Below, in pieces: positions 23,902 through 36,800 of a DNA stretch of 64,000 nt (the stretch's first letter is position 1; each line of letters begins with the position of its first letter). The notes under the pieces are model-generated. The model saw only the letters and a program-made list of their open reading frames with translations. It did no database searches and was not told where the DNA came from. Made by a program: the position numbers and the translations under genes. This DNA comes from Laetmonice hystrix. Taxonomy: Eukaryota. The stretch lies in the NCBI GenBank assembly GCA_965235115.1, contig OZ249436.1, positions 36,394,001 through 36,458,000 on the forward strand. The letters are read 5' to 3'.

Positions 23902-25150
23902 CCACCTGTCCCACCGTCAGCCTCATGTCGTACCGTCGGCTTCCTGTCCCACCGTCAGCCTCCTGTCCCACCGTCAGCCTCATGTCCCACCGTCGGCTTC
24001 CTGTCCACCGTCAGCCTCCTGTCCCACCCTCAGCCTCCTGTCCCACCGTCAGCCACCTGTCCCACCCTTAGCCTCATGTCCCACCGTCGGCCTCATGTCC
24101 CACCGTCGGCCTCCTGTCCCACCGTCAGCCTCATGTCCCACCGTCAGCCTCCTGTCCCACCGTCGGCCTCCTGTCCCACCGTCAGCCTCATGTCCCACCG
24201 TCAGCCTCATGTCCCACCGTCAGCCTCCTGTCCCACCGTCAGCCTCATGTCCCACCGTCGGCCTCCTGTCCCACCGTCAGCCTCATGTCCCACCGTCGGC
24301 CTCCTGTCCCACCGTCAGCCTCATGTCCCACCGTCAGCCTCCTGTCCCACCGTCAGCCTCCTGTCCCACCGACAGCCTCATGTCCCACCGTCAGCCTCTT
24401 GTCCCGCCGTCAGCCTCATGTCCCACCGTCAGCCTCCTGTCCCACCGTCAGCCTCCTGTCCCACCGTCAGCCTCCTGTCCCGCCGTCAGCCTCATGTCCC
24501 ACCGTCAGCCTCCTGTCCCACCGTCAGCCTCCTGTCCCACCGTCAGCCTCCTGTCCCACCGACAGCCTCATGTCCCACCGTCAGCCTCCTGTCCCACCGA
24601 CAGCCTCATGTCCCACCGTCAGCCTCATGTCCCACCGTCAGCCTCCTGTCCCGCCGTCAGCCTCATGTCCCGCCGTCAGCCTCCTGTCCCACCGTCAGCC
24701 TCCTGTCCCACCGTCAGCCCCCTGTCCTACCGTCAGCCTCCTGTCCCACCGACAGCCTCATGTCCCACCGTCAGCCTCCTGTCCCACCGTCAGCCTCCTG
24801 TCCCACCGTCAGCCTCCTGTCCCACCGACAGCCTCCTGTCCCACCGTCAGCCTATGCATGCATGTTAAACCTGTAGGCCACCTGTCCCACCGTCAGCCTC
24901 CTGTCCCACCGTCAGCCTCCTGTCTCACCGTCAGCCTCCTGTCCCACCGTCAGCCTCCTGTCTCACCGTCAGCCTCCTGTCCCACCGTCAGCCTCCTGTC
25001 TCACCGTCAGCCTCCTGTCCCACCGTCAGCCTCCTGTCTCACCGTCAGCCTCCTGTCCCACCGTCAGCCTCATGTCCCACCGTCAGCCTCATGTCCCACC
25101 GTCAGCCTCATGTCCCACCGTCAGCCTCATGTCCCACCGTCGGCCTCATG
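23902..25150. repeat. 19-bp minisatellite, ~64 copies in two blocks (rx intron 2)
   Basis: Unit C(C/A)TGTCCCACCGTCAGCCT, interrupted at ~24853-24878. Explains the three overlapping stop-free ORFs. Confidence 0.98.
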
Positions 25151-25924
25151 TTAAACCTGTCGGCACACACCAACGATCACTGTCTCCGAGTTTCATGACG
25201 GACGCTGAGATGGTGCAAGCCGCCGATCTGTGACATTAATTATTGATCTCTGCTAATGGCGGAGTGTGTGATAACAATCTATGCGATCTGACAGCTCGAG
25301 TGTGGGTGTGGGTGAAGATTCTACACACGACAGCCGCTTGACATCACATTGACACACATCTCAGAGACTATTAGTATCTCTGTTAGTCCCTCCTCCATGC
25401 GCCGATATTTTGATGAAATAAGCGATCACTATTACGTTACCGACTTTTGTTACAGAAAAACAATACGTAATGACCTAAATATCGGTATGCAAAATGCATG
25501 CATTCTGCGTTATGATTGTGTTTTTCTCAAATGCATCTATACATCTGTATATAACGCTACATCCATGCATAAATACAATTAGGCCTACATATAATTATAA
25601 TATCGTATATAATATCCACCATGTATAAATCATTAACAGTTTATAATTTAACATTTGGCTCATGTAACAAGACAAACCCCCCTCCTTACGTCATCCCCAG
25701 CCGTAGGTCTCCCTTGGCGATAGGATAATACCAGAAGTGGGGGAGGGGGCGCCTGGCTGCTCAGGTATCACAGATCAGTGCCGATATCCTATAACAGAGA
25801 AATGAACAACACGGGACTCAGACACGCGAGACAGACGGAGTATAGAGACAATGGTTTGGGATCGTCCCCTCGGAAAGGTATCACCTGTTTAATTATGGGA
25901 ACGTTTCAGGTGGGTTAATGTCCC

Positions 25925-26225
25925 CATGCCGGCCGCCGCCGACTGGACGCGGACGGTTGGCATGCGATGTACGTGCCGCACACGTCGGCTCATGTATTGT
26001 GGTAGTACCGGCCGGGCCGGGCCGGGCCGGGCCGGGCCGGGCCGGGGCGGAACTGGGCGGGCGGCGGGGACCGGCTCCCGGCGCCAGCACGCAGCCTACC
26101 GTGCAGACCCCGTGGTCCTGCAGCCGGCACGCGGCAGGACGGCCGCACACCCCCAGCCGACGGTCGGCGGCCCACAGTCGGCCCGCGGCCAGGGGATTGA
26201 GACACCGTCCTGCACGGCACGTGTT
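25925..26225. other. GC/CpG-rich island containing (CCGGG)7
   Basis: Abrupt high-GC, CpG-dense segment; CCGGG x7 at 26012-26046. Confidence 0.8.
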
Positions 26226-27172
26226 TCCTATTCATGACAATCTCTGACAATGGTTGGATGCGATCAAGTGGTAGTCGTTCCAATATTACTGTCATTGTGC
26301 TGAGTTGGTGTCAATTAACGAGAACCTTCTAACTAGGAATTAGAGGTTCCTTTGAAATGCCTCCTCTTTTGACCTAGTGCCCTATAGATTTAAAATAAAG
26401 GCTTTGCGAGTACTGTCGAGAAATACATTATGGTCTCTATTAACCTGTTTGAGTCGGCAACGTTCTGTTATTATCACATTTCTACGAAAGTGGTGTCCAG
26501 AATCATCTCCCAAATATCCTCAATGTGTTGATCGGAGATCTATTTTCTCAGATGTCCACCGGTGCATGACAACAGATGTTCCTTCTGTTTAACCGTGAAG
26601 ATTGTCGTTACAAACTGTTTTGACGCGGCGCGCACAGAATCAAGGGCGGTTTCCACTCGAACATAACGCGAGTGGGCGAATCGTGCAATATTGGGAATAA
26701 GCTATCGATGTATAATGGCGCAGATCAAAGAGCGTAATGTGCCCTGGTCATTAGACGGCGTGTCCCGGCCTCAATGAGGTATGGAGGACCCGCGCCATCT
26801 GTCCCCTTGCTGTCCAGTTAACGCAATCTTAGTTACCCGTAATGGCGATGGCACCCGCCTTCTCAGATCAAATTTTGCCGATCCGATTGGAGCGCACCAG
26901 TTCATTGACTCCGCCGTGACGGCCGTGTTCACCATTATCAAATTGGATTAGGACTGCGGCCGCCCGACACCCGCTAGAAGTGGCGGATTTGGGCGCCGAG
27001 TGAGCGGATCACGTTATTGAATGCAAATAAAATTGCAGTTCAAAGCTGGTGGAGGTTGGAGAAGGGTAACGAGCCATGTACGAGCCGGTCGTGGTCGCTC
27101 TGCCGACATTGGTTTTTATTCTTCCTCGTCGTGCTGGGCTGACTCACGCTCACTGCATGCATGCACGCCACG

Positions 27173-27443
27173 NNNNNNNNNNNNNNNNNNNNNNNNNNNN
27201 NNNNNNNNNNNNNNNNNNNNNNNNNNNNNNNNNNNNNNNNNNNNNNNNNNNNNNNNNNNNNNNNNNNNNNNNNNNNNNNNNNNNNNNNNNNNNNNNNNNN
27301 NNNNNNNNNNNNNNNNNNNNNNNNNNNNNNNNNNNNNNNNNNNNNNNNNNNNNNNNNNNNNNNNNNNNNNNNNNNNNNNNNNNNNNNNNNNNNNNNNNNN
27401 NNNNNNNNNNNNNNNNNNNNNNNNNNNNNNNNNNNNNNNNNNN
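27173..27443. other. Assembly gap (N run)
   Basis: 271 N. Confidence 1.
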
Positions 27444-28074
27444 TGAGAGGCGTTCATTGTGCATGGACAGGAAGCTGATAGGGACACTGCCAATTATATA
27501 TAAGTTTCAGGGTGTTGTGCTGGTATATTGGCAGTGTTTCGATGTTAGGACAGCACAGATAGAATCGCAAGGAGACACGTTGTAATAGTCCCGCGGTTAG
27601 ACAGGACACAGTCATTACGGGCCGTTTCCGCCTGATAGACGCTCGCCCCGTCGATCTGGACCTTTCCTTTCCAGTTAAGGGGCATTTGTCGCTCAACTGG
27701 CCACGCACGAAACAACTGCAGCCAAATTACAGAGTAGGAACCCCCCGGTGTCCGCCTGCTTTGCCCCAGCCCCACGGGGTTGCCAGAACCCCCAAGCACC
27801 AAATTGTGCCAGATTCGGGCGCCAAATGAAACAGGAAAGCGTATGGGTCGAAATTGGAAAATCTCGCCACGACATTTTGCTTTCCTGCAGATTTAAACGC
27901 GGATCCTGATTGTCTTTATGTTCCGCTCGAGGAGATCAGAGAATTTAAATGTGAGACATCGGGGCCTCTACATATTATACCAAATCTTTCCATTCCAGAC
28001 CACACCATTCCGTACCAGGGGAATAATATATCGCATCATTATTTCCTGGACCACACCAACCTATAGGGGACTTA

Positions 28075-29294
28075 ACACGTTCATCATTCTGGCCCGGGGC
28101 CTCACCCCACCATTCTATCCCCAACTATGTAAACACATTCATCATTCTGGCCCGGGGCCTCACCCCACCATTCTATCCCCAACTATGTAAACACATTCAT
28201 CATTCTGGCCCGGGGCCTCACCACACCATTCGGTCCCACAATTATGTAAACATGCATCATTCTGGCCCCGGGCCCACCACACCATTCGGTCTCCCAACTA
28301 TGTAAACATGCATCATTCTGGCCCCGGGGCCTCACCTCACCATTCGGTCCCACAACTATGTAAACACATGCATCATTCTGGCCCCGGGCCCCACCACACC
28401 ATTCAGTCCCCCAACTATGTAAACACATTCATCATTCTGGCCCGGGGCCCCACCACACCATTCGGTCCCACAACTATGTAACCACATGCATCATGCTGGC
28501 CTCGGGGCCTCACCACATCATTCGGTCCCCCAACTAACATATGCATCATTCTGGCCCCGGGCCTCACCACACCATTCGGTCCCCCAACTATGTAAACACA
28601 TGCATCATTCTGGCCCCGGGCCTCACCTCACCATTCAGTCCCCCAACTATGTAAACACATGCATCATTCTGGACCCGGGCCTCACCACACCATTCGGTCC
28701 CACAATTGAACATGCATTATTCTGGCCCCGGGGCCACCACACCATTCGGTCCCCCAACTTTGTAAACATGCATCATTCTGGCCCCGGGGCCACCACACCA
28801 TTCGGTCCCCCAACTATGTAAACACATGCATCATTCTGGCCCCGGGGCCTCACCACACCATTTGGTCCCACAACTATGTAAACACATGCATTATTCTGGA
28901 CCTGGGGCCTCACCACACCATTCAGTCCCCCAACTATGTAAACACATGCATCATTCTGGCCCCGGGGCCTCACCACACCATTCAGTCCCCCAACTATGTA
29001 AACACATGCATCATTCTGGCCACGGGGCCTCACCACACCATTCAGTCCCCCAACTATGTAAACACATGCATCATTCTGGCCCCGGGGCCTCACCACACCA
29101 TTCAGTCCCCCAACTATGTAAACATGCATCATTCTGGACCCGGGCCTCACCACACCATTCAGTCCCCCAACTATGTAAACACATGCATCATTCTGGCCTC
29201 GGGGCCTCACCACACCATTCGGCCCCCAACTATGTAAACACATGCCTCATTCTGGCCCTGGGGCCTCACCACACCATTCAGTCCCTCAACTATG
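28075..29294. repeat. 60-bp minisatellite, ~20 copies (rx intron 2)
   Basis: Unit CATCATTCTGGCCCCGGGGCCTCACCACACCATTC(A/G)GTCCCCCAACTATGTAAACACATG with 1-2 nt indels between copies. Confidence 0.97.
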
Positions 29295-32200
29295 CAATCC
29301 GACCCGCCTGTCGATTAAAATAAACTATTAAGATATCATGCCGAACAGCTTCTGATTGTAAGATATGATTTAGAACTTCAAGTAAGAAGTTTGTTTCCTC
29401 CACCTATATTATATGGGCTCCCAGCCATAAAGATGGTCTGACAACCTATAGTTAATGTCCCTATCTATTTGGGTCCATAAAATCCTGACGGTTTATTTAA
29501 GAACTAAAGATGAAAGAACCTATCCTTTGTGTATAGTTTATGTCTTTCTTCTCCAGACGTCTTTATCAACGTGCACTGTTGTGCATGCCTGCACGATACA
29601 CCTCCAACCGCAGAAAGAAACGGGTCGCCATAATTTTCCGTCAATTATGGAGGCAATTAGGGTTTGAAAATTAGCCGGAAAATCTTTATAATGTTAAGTG
29701 CGTCAGGCAATCAGTACATGAAGTGAATGGTGGATGGCGGAAAAAGCAGCTCGGCCAGTATTGTTCTTTTGGGGTCATCCATCTCTGCAGGCCATTGGAT
29801 CTCCTCCTACCGACTGCAACGATGCCTTATCTAACGTGCCAATCTTTAGGCTTTACGACTGATTTGCTTCAATTAAACTTTACATATTGTCCGGGTGCCT
29901 TGTAATTTGTGACACATTGAGTATTTTCTCATGTCACTGAGTCCTGCCCCGTGCCGCGGATTTAGGCGCGCTTATCGAATTGAAGGAGTGAGCGAAGCAG
30001 ACGAGACAGCCTCTGGCAATCACGCAGCCCAGCGAACATTGCCCCGCTGTGTAGAAGACACGTCCATTATTATATGGAATTATCGACATCACGTCCACGT
30101 CACTTCTGTAAATAATTTAATTTGAAACAATAGAATGTATATGTCAATTATTTCATCTGAAATTAGGATGTAATGACGCATACATGCGTATTGATCAATA
30201 TTCGCGTCGTACCAATGTGTCGCTTGTCAACGGCCGTAATCAACAAGCAGGCAGAGCGTATGCCGCCTGTCATCATCGACTAACATCAATTCCATTTGGT
30301 AATTCCATCAACAACAAGCGGATATTGTATTTACTAATAGTCCAAATCGGTTATGCCTATATAGTGTCACATGGAATGACAGGTCCGTAATGAGAGCCCC
30401 CGTCCCTCCTCCAAGGCCGGAGAGAGAGAGAGTGTCTCACACAGTATGTAATCCTACCATTAGCACACCCCAGACCTGTCACCTGCCTTCCGTCAAACAG
30501 TTTCACACGCCTCGCCGCCACATGCAAAACTAGAATTATTACAAAGACGCTGTTCCATATTATGTGCTCTTGTATTACACTGCTGAATCGAGTAATGTAG
30601 TCAAGGTCTATAACATGCTGTATGGTAAATTATCCCTATATTTATAGGCCTAAAATAGGCGTGTACACCTGGAGCCTATGGAAAGATTACTCTAATGTTA
30701 TCATCTAAATATACATGTATGAATATCATATTACAATAATGACCTCAATGTGCATGCAACTTTTCGAGAACACATGTTTTCATTTTTCTTGTAGTAGATC
30801 TGTTTCATTTCAAACTATATTGAAATCGTGCATAATATGCATATATCAATATAATATATTATATTGAAATATAGACTGGATCAATATTGACGATAATTTG
30901 AATCCATGTATATTACTAGCAGACATAATGACATAAAGACGTGCACACATACTGGCAGATCTCACTTCCAACTCAGTCTCTCACATTGATTACGTGCACG
31001 TTACTAAGGGGGCTCACACTCCGTATAAACGTGCACTGTAGACAAACGTGCACTAGGCCCCCTATAGACAACATGCTTGTCGTGGGAAATTATTGATGGT
31101 GAGATATAGCGACCGGTAAAGTTCGAAATGATCAATACTTCAGGTATTTTTCTTCTACTCAAATCAATCGTGCATGCATGCTCTCATACAGACATGTAAG
31201 CGTGATATGTTTTTTTTATGTATGGATACATTGTTTTATGGATGGATAATTATATTGTATGCTGTACTGTACATTATATATTAATGGAAGGGTATCTGTA
31301 CACATAATACATATACATTATATTATGTATCCAAATATATTCATTATATTATGATCTGTGCTATAACATCAAGGAGTTTTAGGGAGTTAACGATAGGACC
31401 GGACACCATACCATCCCACCCTGAAAGATTAACTCAAAGACTGTATAACTACATACTCTAGTTGATGTCGTAACACATAAGTGAGCTCTTATAAATACAT
31501 ATGTTCAGTATTGCGCATCAACCTCGTTTTCAGACTTCCTGGGGGGTGCATGCCCCCAGATTTCGTCAAGTGAGGGGCGGTGTCAACAGATTGTCCAAGC
31601 CTGTTGTGTCTTTATTATTGACACAAACAGTGAATGTTGAGTAGTACCCTCCCCCCCCCCCCCCTCTCCCCTCCAGGGATGTCTATCATACTCGGGGTCT
31701 AACGTTCACTTTGTGCGCCTCAAGCCAACAGCTGCTACATACGTCACACATGGCAACCTGCTGTTTTAAGTATAGAATATGACAATTTTAAACTACTAGT
31801 TTCCTGCAAACAATGCACCACGGCCCCCCGCCCCTCGAGCTGGCCCTACGACGGGCTCTAAATCGTTCTCCAGTGCGTCTTTCGTCGACAAATTACGCAT
31901 CAAAGCGCTGCAGTATTGGCCACAATTTGGTAGGGCACAGAGGCAATCAATTGGCCTAAGTCGACAGTCGACTACCTTAATTACTGCACCCCGCTGAATG
32001 CATTACCTTCAATAATCACTAATTCCCCCCATACATGGCTGGCAAATGAATTCATCGACAACACGAAACGCAAAGATTTTTCACATGGGCCCGCCCTCAT
32101 TGAAAGCGCGCTTGATTCTCGACGCATACGTTACGCCCTAACGTACGTGGCAATATATTAATGTTGATATTCAATATTCCGCGCTCAAGCCAACCCATTC

Positions 32201-33457
32201 TTGGATTTGAAGGCATACGGCACGCCAGACTGTGTAAGTATAGTGAAGGTGGACACTTGGTGAATGGTCTCTGAATTGGGCCGGTGTATATGGATGGCAT
32301 AACGGTTGGAACACCCAGCGAGCGGTCGTAATTGTCGAGGAAATCGACAAGAATGCTGACTGGGGGCCTCTTTCATTTCGGCGCGCCGGTGCTTATTCGA
32401 GTGTCCAATATTTAAAAGTGCTCGCATGGCATGTAATCAGCCCTGTTTTGATGGAGAGGGGGAAAACTTTCCATTTATCGTGCAACAGAAAAAGCGGGTG
32501 TCCTGCTGCTGGTCGGCCGACCGGTCGGTCTTGGCGGTCCTTACAAGTGCACCTCACGGCGGCCGGGCCCCCGCCGAGCCGACAACCGGGCAACGTGCCT
32601 CGACCGCCTTGCGCCCGTCCGCCTAATTTACAACGTTAAATTCACTATTTGTTGGCATTCGTTTTGTGAAGCGAGTGTGAGTAATGTGGCCAGCCAACAA
32701 TATCCGCGTTATTCGAATATCGCCGCATGCCATTCACCGGATTCAATGGCCGATAGGAAAATATTTTCGCAACAGCTGAGGTTTGATCTGCAGGTCGGTG
32801 ACCATTATAGAACTGGGTGTACTTTAGTGTAAACTTGGACTAAATAGACATTTGCATTCGTAGTTCAGGGTGCAGAGAGGCTGTTCTAAACGGTATGACG
32901 CCTGACTCGGGAACCTTTGACTTGTGTGTATATAGTTATACACATCCAGATTTCTCGGTCCTCAGAGAAGTACAAACACATGTACTTAGTGCTCTCCTGG
33001 CCCTGGCCCTCAAGACCGTGAAGCAGCGCCTAGGGTTTTGTGCCAAGCTGCTATGGCAGAGTTAGTCAACCTCTTGGGCGTCAGGGCACCTCAAATATAT
33101 ACCCAAATGTACAGTGTATTCGCATATGCGTAGCATCAGTAGACATGCATAATATATGTGCACAAAAGGTCGCACCTGCAGGCAAAATATTTTTCCTAAA
33201 CATGCCATGATGACCATGCACAATGTCAAGACCACCCACGCACTATTTATAAAGGATTATGTATGGGCCTTAACATTTACAAGCAGAAATCAACAGACTT
33301 AATATCTGATTGTTAGCTTTACAGGTAAACAAAAAAGTAAAGTTTTATAACCCAAAGCTATTTATGTAACAAAAATCTATCTCTAGCACTATTCTATCCC
33401 GAACAATGCCAGGCGCCCTTGCTCGCCCGTCGCTATATTCGCTATATAAGCCGGGTA

Positions 33458-33496
<39 letters not shown>

Positions 33497-33803
33497 CTCG
33501 CCTGTCCACCTGCCTGGCCGCCCGCCTGCCTGCCTGCCTGCCCACCTGTCCTCCCCTGGCCGCCTGCCCGTCCTCCCCTNNNNNNNNNNNNNNNNNNNNN
33601 NNNNNNNNNNNNNNNNNNNNNNNNNNNNNNNNNNNNNNNNNNNNNNNNNNNNNNNNNNNNNNNNNNNNNNNNNNNNNNNNNNNNNNNNNNNNNNNNNNNN
33701 NNNNNNNNNNNNNNNNCCCGCATGCCAGTCCGCCTGTCCACCTGCCCACCCGCCTGCCTGCCCGTCCTCCCATGCCCGCCCGCCTGCCTGTCCTCCCATG
33801 CCA
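33458..33803. repeat. (GCCT)n-derived simple repeat spanning a gap
   Basis: Pure (GCCT)n at the left edge, degenerate on both sides of the N run. Confidence 0.9.
33580..33716. other. Assembly gap (N run)
   Basis: 137 N. Confidence 1.
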
Positions 33804-36800
33804 GTCTCTAAGTAAAGAGCGTCAATTTGCCGGAGTCGCTGCCGGCGCGGCGCAGGGAGCAGGCACACCCGGCGAAACCAATTACTGCATTTGCCGAGTT
33901 AATGGGTCATCATAGTCGTAATGAAATGATTAAGTTGGCTAATAAATGGCTAGCTGGCATGATGGCGAGGATTTCGCTTTGCATTTGCATCAATAGCGCT
34001 GACTGGAAGCGGCTGGAGGAGGTTGTGGAGGAGTAAGGCCGACCCTGGAGGGACTGGGCGGCCCGGTTTGTCCACTGGAGGAGCGTGAGAGCCGGCCATC
34101 AGACGGCCACGGGCTCTCACGGCATCCAACGCTCCGTCCACCGCTAAGTGGTACCGCCTCCACGGCAGCCAGCCAGCAGACATACAACCGAGTCGTGGGC
34201 GGGGGTGGAGGAGAGGGGGTGGGAAGGGGCAGATGGGGGTTAAAAACGGGAATCTAATTCAATGAGTTCGGTTCAACTTGACCACTCAAATATTCCAATC
34301 CTTCAAACAACGTCTGCTCCATGTCAATTTTGCGATATCTTCATCTGGAAATAGATTTCTGTCTTTATGTAACAGTTTCCAGTCTATTTGTACAATGTAT
34401 CTCCGAAAGAAAAGAAAATTATTTACTCTTGGTCGTTTTTGTTATGTATTCTGTCTAATTTTAATCCTCATGGACTCGCAGTCGAACCAGCAAACACTGT
34501 CAGTAGTATATCAAAATGGGGCATTTCAGACAGCTACAGCGTCCTTTAAACGACTCCCCCCAGCAGGCCGTGAAGCGGCCCCATGTGATGCCATATAAAA
34601 AGGCGTCGCCTGTCAAGGAGTTGCGAGGAGTCTATGAGAATTATGGCCGTTGGGAGCGTGGCGCCTGGATAGCGTGCACATGTTGTTACATTAAAGCGGC
34701 CCAGTAAGGATGGCCCTTTGCCCTGTCCACCAACCAGCCAGTGACAGAGGCCCTCGGCAGCGCCGCCATTCGCACCAAACACACGGGCCCATTAATTAGT
34801 TGCCATACAAGGTGGCTGCAACCCGAGCCTGATGAGATAATTGGAATTCTAAGAAAAACGAAAACTTTGACATTCGGCAAATCGAATTGCGCGTAATGAA
34901 ATGGCGTCTTATAAAGGGGGTAGTTTTACATGCACCGTGCCAGGAGAAGAGGCCGGGCGAGGAAAGCTTGCCAAGGATTGACTGAGCTCTCACGCACTGC
35001 TCTTAGAGTCGGTATCAACATATTAGACGCGTGTTTTAGTAACCCCTAAAGTGGTTGGGTAATCAATACGCCTTAATTACATTATGACATCTCGTATAAT
35101 TCGCTTATATCGCTCTTTGTCGTGGCAAGAGGCTTGCGTGAAAGCAGTTTCATCAGACGGTTGGGATGGGGACGTGACAGTGGGGCCGACTGTGTTCAGG
35201 GCCGTGGAGATAATAACAATAACAGCCGGCCAGAAATCCTCTAACTCAGGATCAAAGTAATGATCGTTATTAGAGTTGCCAACTTCAAAGCAAGGCTCGC
35301 TTATGACGACGGTAAAGTGTATGTGTAAGGCTGGTAATCGTTCTATACCTGAATGTTTGTTCTCGAAAGTGTGGAAGCTCTCTTCATTTAGGGACTGCTT
35401 AATAAGAAGTAAGACTAACTTAAATCGTTTTACCGTTACATTCAGTCTATATACAATGAAACAAGTTTTCAATCGACAAAAAAATATTATAAGAACCAAC
35501 TCACAGGTGAGATGATAAAAAAAAGTTAAAATTGAACAACTGCTAAAATACTATAGAAGTAATCATAATGTCTAACCCGGCACTGCTAAAATTGTATCAA
35601 ATAATATTATAAGTTAAAGGAATCTCATCACCATGCATGATCTGATACATAGAGTTTATATTTTGAGAGAAGGATTCCGTGTCCAAGCAGTGATATTCGG
35701 CCCATGCTGCAACGACCAATGGCTCCCCGTGTAGACTTGCCATGCAGCAGTAGTTAGGGGAGTAGACGTCTGTAGCCTTTGCTGCGTGGTGTCGCCCTGG
35801 GAAACGTAAACTGGGGGCTGACAGAAATCGTTACTATCGTGATTACTTTGGGCCAGGTTAGAGCGCGCCTTACGTGCAGCACCGCACCCAATCCATGAGT
35901 GCCGCCGTAGCGCATTTGATCCTCCCTTATCTGCACATCAATATTGTGATATTATTTAAATTTTCTGCTGCACCGATTCCGCGCGTCTCGCGGGAAGCGA
36001 ATTTGTCTCCGCTTTGAACTGTGAAATCGACAAGTAATGAGATTTCACGTGCCATCGCGCTCGGCAAAATGGCAGCAAAAGTTTGTCTATTAAATCGGCA
36101 GGTTGAGCCAGCCGACTTGTGTCGTTTTCTCTGAGAGATAATTAACGCGTTCATTTGCGCTTTGTTCGCAAGAAAGCGCCTAATTAATGGTGCATAGTTT
36201 GGTATATTCACTTGAGTTAACGATGTTAGGTCTTCTGAAGACACAGCGAATAGTATCTAATGAGGAAAGCACTCGCCCTGATAATGCATAATGAAACAAA
36301 TTAATAAAACAATTTTGTCTTTAGGTCATCGAATTATGGCGATTTGTCGCCGAGCAGATGCAGTTAGGAGACTCGTGTGTTTTATCTAAATGAGATTTGC
36401 CTAATGCATTTCACTGCGTCCGTCCCCTTCACAACTTGTTAGCGTGGCGCCTTCCTCCTGCGTCTCCGCTCTCTGGTGACGGAGGTGAGAAAATTGTTTG
36501 TGGCAGACGAGAATTGAACTGGGGCACACTTCGTGTAACCCAAAACTGCACCCGCCAGATTTGACGTCTGGGGAGAGGGAGGAAGAACCCGTGACTGGCA
36601 TCAGCCATCTCAGTTTGATTACAGTTATCCTAATGTATTTTATTTTTTCCATGACAAATTATGTTATGTATTCAATGTTTGACATTCGAAACTGTGTGTT
36701 TTCTAAGCTGGAGCAGTTTTAGAAAGCAACGCCATAATGTCATTACTTGTCAGACGAATATAGAGGCATTACGGATCTGCCATTATTCATTTGCTGCTTC

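Noticed and set aside
23810-25154. 352-, 266- and 289-aa ORFs
   Set aside because: All three frames of a stop-free 19-bp repeat; unit length is not a multiple of three.
27021-27585. ORFs running through N gaps (also 3449-3854 and 33345-33915)
   Set aside because: Artefacts of Ns translating as X.
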